A stretch of DNA of 63,984 nucleotides, counting the filler, from Platydemus manokwari (Eukaryota): the NCBI GenBank assembly GCA_037951405.1. It is 5 parts of 5 records of this genome, joined end to end, with 100 filler letters (N's around TTAATTAATTAA, not from the genome) between each part and the next. Parts side by side here need not be neighbours in the genome. Positions count along the whole stretch, not along the records: positions 54,528 to 63,984 come from JBBMOY011247430.1; 4 more parts are not named here. One strand, 5' to 3'. Below the pieces are notes generated by a model, which did not search any database, was not told where the DNA came from, and worked only from the letters and a program-made list of their open reading frames with translations. This document shows positions 54,614-63,984 of the stretch, one piece after another; within the stretch, counting starts at the first letter, position 1, and every line of letters begins with the position of its first letter. The position numbers and the translations under genes are program-made.

Positions 54614-57600
54614 TTTGAGGATACTTTATGGGCAACATTGACAGACAAGCATATCAAAATGCCTGTGGCAATAACAGCAGAAAATTTGGCTACAAAATAT
54701 GGAATTACAAGAAACCAATGTGATGAATATAGTTTGCTGTCACAACAACGTTGGAAAAAAGGTGATTATTTTGATGTATTATTGACTGATAAAAATATAA
54801 ATGACTTGTTTCGTATATTAATATGTGTACATGTGTTTCATTAATACTTTTTATATATAATTGATCTATTAGTCATACAATGGTTAATTATAATAACCAG
54901 CTATTTATAAAATAGAAACAAATAAATCTGATTCAGTACCAAATATTAATATAGATAACATAAAAATTCAAAGCAATTTTATTGGATTGGTGCATAAATT
55001 CGTGCGGTTGTATTTGTTGCAAGGAAAACACCAACTTAAGGTTTTAACTGATTTGAATTATATTCATTCAACTGAATTATCTATTTAAATCATTTTAGAC
55101 TTTTACTTTCATTAAAAATGAACATTTTCGGCATCTCCGTTTCTATTTTAATCAACATTTAAACGCTGTAGAAGTCACCAGAATAATTTGTTGCGTTTAT
55201 GGATAAAAGACATTCAGTGAATAAACAGCACAAAAGTGGTTTTTGAAATATAAGTGGTTCAGCATCAATATGCTGTGCAGCTGTATGTATATTTTAAAAA
55301 CAAAATAACTTGGATAAGTCCTCAAAAACAACCACAACCACGTGCAATACCCGAAGTTAACCAACGCAAAATCTTGTGCGTTTGGTGGGACCAAGTTGGT
55401 GTTATTCATTACGAAATCTTGCCAAGAAATCAAACAATTAATGCCGAACATTATTTTGAACAACTCAAAAGAGTAAACACTACCATCAAAGCGAAGAGGC
55501 CCAATAGGAAGCAGATAATTTTACAGAATGACAATACTCGTTTTCATATCGCCACAATGACAAAGTTGGTTATTGAATAGCTTGGCCGGAAAGTTCTTCT
55601 CCATCTTCCATATTCACTCGACTTAGCCACAATAGATTTTCATCTTTTCCACTCCATGCCGAACCATCTTTCTGGTCTCACATTTGAAAACGAAAAAGAA
55701 ATAACGTGGATAGAAGAATTTTTCGAACAAAAATCACCGAGTTACTTCAAACGTGGGATTGACAAACTGCCAGAATAGTGGAAGGGAGTGATCGAATGTG
55801 GCGGAGAATATCTCACCGATTGAGACTGAGATATTTGATTTTTCTAATGATTTCATAAATTGATTTAGTCATCTGGAATGTTTTGCATGGTTTTTATTCT
55901 TGATCAACATGCATTTTTCATAATTGTAAAAATCCGCACGAACTTATCAACAAACCCAATATTATCTTTATTACGAATTTAATATTAATTTTTATGTGAT
56001 GTTATTGTTCAAGTTATTGAATACATATTTAAGAAATGTTAGAATTTTAAATATCAGTTAATATTATATGATCATTTTAAATAGAAAATATATTGATTTT
56101 GAATAGTATAAATGATCAATTTAGGTTTTTTAAATATTTCGATTGAAGATACTTTTTTGACTTCTAAAAATAGGTTTCAATTTGTATTTAATAAAATAGC
56201 AGTAGTTAATAAACAATATCGACTATATATATAAATTAATAATCGACCCGTTATGTGTTATCGCGCAGTAAATATCTAACATCCATTATCACGCATTGCA
56301 GATAAAATATACATTTAAAATAAATTAAATAGCTATGCATTAAATAAATATCAAGTATTAAATAAATAACATGCATTAAATTTAATAGCTATGCATTGAA
56401 ATAAACAGGGAATTTATTGGCAAAGAATTTTTTACCGCCTGAAAGATTCCAGTGCATTAAACACATGTGCACTATAATAATTAAGTATTCGCAGAAAATA
56501 TCCGCGAATGAGGCATCGCTGCCTATATAAGGCAGTGAATGCAATTAATAAACACAGCAACGACAATAGGACAGCAACACATTAACATAACTGACGCTTA
56601 GCTTTGTCATTCAAAGAGCAGTAATATATCACATCAGTATTACGATCAGATAAAGAAGATTCGATTGCGCATAAGGGATCCAGACTTTGTATATGCCCAG
56701 TACTCATACTGGAAGAACATCAATTCCTTAAGATGATAAAGTAAGATACATTAAATATAAAATCATTTACAATTTATTTACAACCGCATATGCTTCCTAT
56801 CTATAGGGTTGATCTCAAACATCTTGAGTAATCGGTTCTACTCATCTCGGGAGAATAGTTAACCGGAACTTTTGCCAGATTTGTAAAAATCTGTCCATTT
56901 TTAGGAGTATAGGAGTATTTGTAAAACCTAATTTTTATTAATTGCAAAGAAATAGTAATTTATGAACTCATTGTAGTAATTTATATTAATAAAATTTTTA
57001 TCAAGGAAATTGATTTTTGATATTAAATCGGCAAGTGCCATTAGGTTTCACAAATCATTTCCGTAAATATTATCATTATAAAAAATAATCTCATCACCTT
57101 TTTGGCAAGATATAATTGAAGTAGTTAAAGGTTAAAAATAATATATATCATTATAGCAATATCTAGAGCCACCCATCCCGTCTTCATACGAAGATTGGTG
57201 TGATTGAGACGAAGGAATATCAAAATATTATGTTTAGTGATTACCTGTGGGTCATAAGGACTCTGAGGGCTGATTAGACTCAGATATTGTCAAAGCCAAT
57301 AAAAATTCAAACTTTGAAATTAAAATAAAAAATAAACTATAGACCCCCAAAAACATAAATTTGATTTATTTGTACATAATTATTCTAGTCACTTTGATTT
57401 AATCATGGAATTTTACTTTTCACAATACAAGTAGAAAGATCATAATCATTTTATTTATTATCATTTGAAGTCGCCAGTGTATTGAATAAAATGATTATTA
57501 ACATTTTCTATCCATTGAATCCGCATTTACGCTATAATGTTAAACGAAAATGATATAATTTTTCTCTTTCTATTATTTGACATAACTATTTATTTTCATC

Positions 57601-60381
57601 CATAGCTAATGATAACAAGGTTTTCTTATCTGAAATTGCTCCCATATCTATAAAATCAAAGAAAGGTGAAAAGATTATGTCAGAAGATGAAGGTCCACGT
57701 GATACAAATATGGAATCTCTAGCAAAATTGCCAGCATTATTTAAAAAAGATGGAGTTGTCACTGCTGGAACTGCTTCGGTCAGTTGATGGCTTTTTATGA
57801 GCTTTTTTGCTTATTTATTAATAATCAATATAAATTTGAGAATAATTGATCATTTATTAGGGTATCAGTGATGGTGCTGGAGCATTGTTACTGTCTTCTG
57901 AACAAGCAGCATCTAAACATAACTTGAAACCGTTGGCACGAATTGTGGGATATTCATATAGTGGATGTGATCCCACTATAATGGGTATTGGGCCCGTATT
58001 AGCTATTAGAAAGCTATTGGATGCTACTAAGTTGAATTTGGCTCAAATCGATCTTGTCGAAGTAAACATAAATATTTTATTCAATCTCATTCAATCATCT
58101 ATGTTATTGATTTTGAAACCTTTGATACATTATTTTATTTAACATCATACTTCATTAATCCATTTTAATTAATCCTTTTTAATTAAACTTTATTTTAATT
58201 AATATTTGTTACTTATAAATGTCTAATTTTTGTAAGTAGTAATGTTAGTCAATAATTGATAACGTGTCCTGAAATTCATAAAGAAATATTTACATCTTCT
58301 CATGACATCCCTGACACAGATTCAAAATTAAAAAACGGAATTGTGATGTTTTTAATAATGATTAATATTGGATATCCTGATCAGAAATTTTTTTCATTTA
58401 AATTATTAAAAATTTTAATTTAAAATTAACTACGGCTAAAATTTTCGAAATTTCAAGTTTAAAAATGGTTATAAATGATTTTACCTTTTATCTCGTAAAA
58501 TATTTTCTTATATTTCTATTTCAAGTAAACCTAATCATCGTTATATATGACAATCTATTGTTACTTTCTAAAAATAATTGTTCTTAAAAAGAATATTGTA
58601 CATTAATTCTTTAATTTATAAAAGCTTGCCTTCTTATCAAACATGTGTTGTCTTGAATTGAATTTTTTGTTAGTTTCACCATGTTTCCAACCTATTGATT
58701 CCCGGAATTCTTCATTTGATATATCTAATATTATAAAATTTCCATATTTCATAAATCTCCAACAGTGTCAATATTTTCAATTAACGCGTTTCCAATGTTA
58801 TTCTCATGGGTAAAAAATATGGAAGAAATAAATTTATTTATCATAAATAAAATTATTTTCTAAAGTTATATTATGAGCAACATTATTCTCTTTCTTTAAT
58901 TCAATTGCAATTTCATATCTTAAAAAACTGCTAAAATATCTACAGAATTTGAAGTTTGCTGAGATTCAAAAGCAACATCATTGGATTATTTAAATTGTTG
59001 CTGTTGTTATTGATTTATTTAAAATACAAACATTTTCTTTTCTAATTTAATGATTAAATTTGTAAATATGTCAATGTAATTTGCTGACCGCTTCTTTTAT
59101 TTTTTATAAAAAAATTTAATGAAATTATATTTTTGAAGATTTTATTTTTTCAGTTCCTGTTATATATCCTTAAGATACTATTTATCGGATTATGAACATT
59201 ATTTTGTTCTTTTTTAAATTCTAATAATTTTCTTAATTAATCAAATAACTCTATGGTGTTTTGTAAACCTGTTTTCGACTTATGTTTTATTTCTTTGATT
59301 TCAATGCTTTTTCCTTCATGTTTTCATTTACCCTTATTAAATTTCGTAAATTCTTAGTTTAAATTATTATGCCTTTTTGCCAGTTTTTTGAATTTTCAAA
59401 ATTATTTTTAATGTCTTAAGATGATATTTTTTATCTTATCTTCCAAGCAATAAAATTAATTAATTATCTTAATATTTTAGTAGAACCATCCGTTAAAGCT
59501 AACTAATTTTTATTATTTATTTTAACAACGAAATTTTCGATTATCAATATTAAAATTTGTAAAGTTTTGCCATCACAATCAATTTCTGATTACGAAGAAA
59601 TGATACTTTGAAACAAAACCACTACTTATGATAAAGTTTTCAAAATCCCCATGTATCTCTTAAGGATTTTAATATTCTTCATATCATCATGTTTATTATC
59701 AATACCTTTTCAATTTTTATTTCCTTCTTTTATTGATGATTACTGAGTGGTATGATTTTCTGCAATAGATTCTAACAACGCTTTAGTAAATTCAACGATG
59801 ACTTGATTTTAATAAATATTTGAATTTTCTGTTTCTTCATTTCCTAATTTAATTTATTTCTTAAAGCTATAATTTTCTTAAATTCATCCATCATTGTATT
59901 GATGTTAAACCCATTCAGCTATTATTTAAACCTAAACATTGGGATATTTATATATGTTATGATATATATTCATCATTATTATAAACATGTTGTCTTCCTT
60001 TATTTGTTTAGTTATTTCTGAGGAGATTCAAACTTTTTTGTATATATTTTAGGGTGTTTTCTATTATTATTTAACCCACTACTTTTGTATCCACAAAGCC
60101 AAGTTATCATATATTACCTGCTATTTATTGACTGAATGTAATAGGTCAATGAAGCATTTGCAGCCCAATATCTTTCTGTTGAAAAAGAACTTGGTCTTGA
60201 TCGAGAGAAAACTAATGTTAATGGAGGTGCAATTTCCCTAGGCAACGCAGGTGGTCCCTCAGGATCTAGAATAATGACACATTTGGTTCATGAGTTACAT
60301 CGCACCAAAAAAAAGTTAGCATTGGGTTCTATATGTGCTGGAGGTGGTCAAGGAATTGCTATTTTGATTGAACGTGTCTGA
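54614..60381 (+). CDS. ACAA2: Mitochondrial 3-ketoacyl-CoA thiolase (ACAA2-like); 5' exons missing; GHP motif replaced by GNA
   Basis: Exons 54614-54761, 57606-57778, 57861-58061 and 60145-60381 splice in frame: FEDTLWATLTD.H...TAENLA...SQQRWK...FKKDGVVTAGTASGISDGAGA...PLARIVGY..SGCDPTIMGIGPV...DLVEVNEAFAAQYL...TNVNGGAISLGNAGGPSGSRI..HLVHEL...GSICAGGGQGIAILIERV*. N-terminal exons carrying the nucleophile Cys (CGSG) are not found; this contig starts at 54528. Confidence 0.92.
54982..55959 (+). mobile_element. Mariner (DD34D) transposon, internally deleted, non-functional
   Basis: TA-flanked TIRs TTGGATTGGTGCATAAATTCGTGCGG and CCGCACGAACTTATCAACAAACCCAA. Transposase remnants: HTH start, LCVWWDQVGVIHYEIL, QNDNTRFH, PYSLDLATIDFHLF, with stops. 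Lies in an ACAA2 intron. Confidence 0.93.
56240..57354 (+). mobile_element. Solo LTR, family A, copy 4
   Basis: GTTATCGCG, CCTATATAAGGCAG at ~56522, GCATATGCTTCCTATCTATAG, and terminal AATAAACTATAGACCCCCAAAAACA match the other copies. Lies in an ACAA2 intron. Confidence 0.65.
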
Positions 60382-60559
60382 TTTTGAAACGTTTTTCACA
60401 AGATAATTTAAAATTTTATTATTTTTGTTTTCATATTTGACGGAGAATTTTGTCTGGATCATTTTGATAATAATATTTTTTGTGATTAATAAAAAATGAT
60501 ATTGGGAGTTGTTAATCGATTCAACTATAATGTAATTTGTATATAATAAGTGCTATAAT

Positions 60560-60960
60560 AAGTACAAAAAGCATTCTGGAGTTGTGAAGTACAGTTTTTA
60601 TAATCCTATGATGGGTAAAACCTGTAAAACATCTAATGAACACGAATTCGGTAGATATAAATCAAACCGTGTTAAAGCCACATAAATATCGGAGAAATAC
60701 ACAAAGAAACAGTTTCTGATCTTTCGCGCAAACCGTTGCTTTCCGAATTAGTTTGCTAGTATGTACAGGAATTAACTAAAATCATTCAATCTTGATTCTT
60801 AACATTGGAACTTCTTATGATTGAAACTATGACGTACTACTGGTTATAAGTTGTTTCGATTCCGGTTTTCATTCGTTCGATCTTAGATTTTAAATTGAGA
60901 TGACGTTTACTCCTGCCATATATATTCATAATAATTTAAAAATGACCAAATTTGTGATAC
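60560..60960 (-). mobile_element. Highly decayed LINE RT remnant
   Basis: Q.GF-like stretch followed by VYFSDIYVA (cf. VFLDLSKAFDTV). Confidence 0.35.
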
Positions 60961-63263
60961 AACTTCGATCAAAAGAGATTTATTTGTGAGGATGGTATGA
61001 AAACCCTTCCATTTGACAAATAAAATTGAATCTAATACATAAACAACATGAACACTCTTGATACATTTTAATTAATTTATTTTTTATTAATAGATAAAGT
61101 TTTTAAATTTCGTCGATATTTCTCTTTAAATTCGTTATAATGTTCCTTTTTTTTAATTCTTTATTTTTATTTTTCAATTTTAAATTATTTGCCTTAATCT
61201 TCAAAATTTCTTCTGGTACACCTTTGTTCAGAGTTCCACCCAACCACACATATTCAACCAAAAAAACCTAATACACAATAACGTACTGACAATTTTTCCA
61301 TAATTTAACATAACCACACCACATAACAATATAAACAAACAGTGTCCATACAATCATGCTTTATAACATATACCGTTGGCTATGGGCGTGAGATTCACCC
61401 AACTGCAAATTTAAATTCACCTAAATTCAAATCCGGCATCAACAAACTGTTATGAAAATCATACTTAATATGATATTGGTGACAATTTTACAATTATCCT
61501 TGTTGTGACAATTGTTGTATACCAGCCCAATTCCACATTGTACATAATTCTAAAAGTCAAAAGCATATATAACCCCGCCGTATGATAAAATTCTAAGATA
61601 GTGTATACCTTGATTGTGGACTGCCGGAGCGAGAAACAGAACATCAGTAGCAGACGAAGTCATGCCCAACAGTGTCTACAATATTCAGACTGCTCTTTTT
61701 CACGAACGCTTGATAAATAGATAATTTTTGTGTTTCAACCATCTTTATTGTGTGAATCCTTAATAAGCAATTATTTCTTATTCCATATGCTCTTGTTGTG
61801 TTGACAATTCATATACTGTTATAATTATTATGAATGTTTATGTGAAATTTAATTGTACAAGGACGGGGTAAATTATCTGCTTCGTCCGTCTTACGAATTT
61901 ACCGGTTAATCGCTCATCCGAGGTACTGGTTATTTTGCAAAAACCTTTTGTTGTTTTCTTTGATAATAACTGTTCTGTTTCTATTTCAATATTAATAAAG
62001 ATTTCCGTCTCACGCATTTTGTTTCAGTTACTAATAGTTCGAGAGATACTAATTACATTTTTACCGCGAAGGCGATAATTTTTAAAATCTATTTAAGTTA
62101 CCACGTCATTATAAACCAACTCGACTTCATTCGAGATTTACGATTTTTCATCGCTTCAGGCTCAGAGTAACATCAATTCTTCTGCACACAGATCTAATGT
62201 CTAAATTCATAATTTTACCAGTAATTTGGTTCTTATACCGGTTACTGAAGCCCCTAAGAACCAGTAATATTTAAAATAAAACTACAACCCAATAAAATAT
62301 TTAATACAATTCTATGCTTGCCTTATTGTTTAAATAGGATAATTCAATATTTGATTCAGTGTTAACAATTTTATGGCTTAATTTTATACGTTTTAATATT
62401 TTAAATTATTTTTATGTATAATGTAAAGAAGCGGAGGGAGAAATTCTGGAAGATTTTAGGAATAGTAGAATGATGATACCGTTTATATAAATAAGTATAA
62501 CAATAAGCTAAAATCATAATAAAATATTATAATTATAACAATACATTAGAATTATAATAAAATATATGTCAAATTATAATAAAATATAAATATAATGATG
62601 TGTTAGAATTGTAATAAATTATATAAATTATAATAAAAAATAAAATAAGAAAAAAATATATGATAATACTTTAAAATCATATCAAGAATAATGACAAACA
62701 AAGACATGAGCATAAGAAAAAAAACAGAGGATAGAATATCAAGCGGTAACAAAAACAGAGGCCGTTGATAAAGGCCGAGCAGACTACTAAAAATAGTATC
62801 GGTGGGGACAGCACAACAAGGTATAAATGCCGAGCTGAAATCAGAGCCGGTCACTCATGAACACGATCACAATGATACTGCCAGCTGATTATCAAGAAAC
62901 AACAAGCAGATCATTATATTGACAAGCAAATCGTTATTAACATTACTACTGAAACCGGAGAGGTATTTTTGGAAGAAGTTATTTCCCCTATATCCCCTTC
63001 ATATCAACCCCAAAGTCTCAGATTCACTGTGATCGCAGATTTTATAGATCGCGCGTCGAGAGCTGATTATAGTTCACTACTCTAATAGTTTAAGGTTTTA
63101 AATTTAGTTGGATTATAATTTCTTTTAAGTATAGGTGGTTGATGTGATGGGTAATTGGTGTAGGAGAAAAATGGAATGTAATTGGGAAAAAAACTTACTA
63201 AACAACTTAAAAAATTATTTACTAAAATTACAAAACACTATTAATAAAAAAATTATATAAAAA

Positions 63264-63407
63264 ATGAGTGAACTCAGATGTCAAATTTGAAACACAACTT
63301 TTTAAACTATTCAAGCTCTAAAAGCCTATGAGAAATCAAAGAAACATTTAGTAAAACTCAATGAAGTTCAAAATACTCCTACTCCAATTTTAGACCAGGA
63401 GGAATAA
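63264..63407 (+). pseudogene. Decayed C2H2 (zf-met-type) zinc-finger ORF, probably part of the same Polinton-like element
   Basis: MSELRCQI*NTTF*TIQALKAYEKSKKHL matches C-x2-C-x3-F-x5-L-x2-H-x2-SKKH, with the second Cys changed to TGA and the first His to TAT. Confidence 0.55.
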
Positions 63408-63441
63408 TTAAGAGGAGCTAATTAATAAAAATAAAATAACT

Positions 63442-63984
63442 TTACTCGATATTATTAAATTTGTTAAATTCATTAAACATTCTCCAGAAAATAAAAATAT
63501 ACGAATTTGGGAATAATATAATTTTGGGAATACACCAACCATATCTTGTATATAAATCAATAACAACCAAAATATATATAAATCCTTCTTTAGATTTATT
63601 AGGCATTATAACTAAATCAGCGCTATGAGTATTGTCTTTAGAAAATATTTTAACTTTTAAGAACTTTTTAACTTTCTTATGTCCATGATGTAATTCTTGA
63701 GCTAATGGATCTTCATCTCGTAAAGAAAAATCATCTTTTGTTTCATCAATATAATCCGGATTTTCATATAAATTTTTAATTGCCAAATCTTTTGCTAAGA
63801 GTGATAAACTAGCACCTAAAACAATCTTTCCTTTCATAATACTTTTGATAATAAATCTTTCTAATTTTTCCCTGAATGTTGGATTGGGAATATCATTCAT
63901 TCGATGAATCATTTTAACATCAGCAACATGTCTATCTTGTAAATCTTTTGAAATATAATCAACATCATGTTGCATTGCTATTGC
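63442..63984 (-). mobile_element. Polinton/Maverick (adintovirus-type) integrase fragment with N-terminal parvovirus-like PLA2 domain
   Basis: ORF is open to the window edge. AIAMQHDVDY...DLQDRHVAD is the PLA2 HDxxY motif. LAQELH...KVKIFSKDNTHSADLVIM...YILVVIDLYTRYGWCIP is the start of an rve c-integrase core. Similarity breaks at ~63530, before the second D and the E. Confidence 0.85.

Noticed and set aside
62601-63076. Possible further solo LTR (TGTTAG start, GGTATAAAT box)
   Set aside because: Single copy in the window, no TSD or convincing CA terminus; cannot be supported.
1-63984. tRNA, rRNA, snRNA or spliced-leader genes
   Set aside because: None recognisable by eye; an Infernal/tRNAscan-SE run would be needed to exclude them.

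Overview
AT-rich, intron-containing metazoan genomic DNA. The very short introns, (ATT)n tracts, many mariner relics and a flatworm-type Ly6 gene suggest a triclad planarian, but this is inference. The window is not contiguous: five contigs are joined by artificial 100-bp spacers (N44-TTAATTAATTAA-N44). Four host genes can be spliced by hand. (1) A complete 8-exon SYT14/16-like tandem-C2 gene on the minus strand (434 aa, no transmembrane helix). (2) A 3'-incomplete SH2D5-like PTB adaptor gene on the minus strand. (3) A 2-exon GPI-type Ly6/uPAR gene on the plus strand. (4) A 5'-incomplete ACAA2-like thiolase on the plus strand whose conserved GHP motif reads GNA. Most of the rest is mobile-element debris: a hAT/Buster transposase relic and a MITE, several mariner relics, a Sola1-like MITE, four copies of a ~1 kb solo LTR, LINE RT scraps and a Polinton/Maverick PLA2-integrase fragment at the right edge. 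The most novel-looking structure is a three-copy, ~0.45-0.6 kb non-coding LTR-PBS-internal-PPT-LTR element (a TRIM family). All calls were made by eye, with no database searches.
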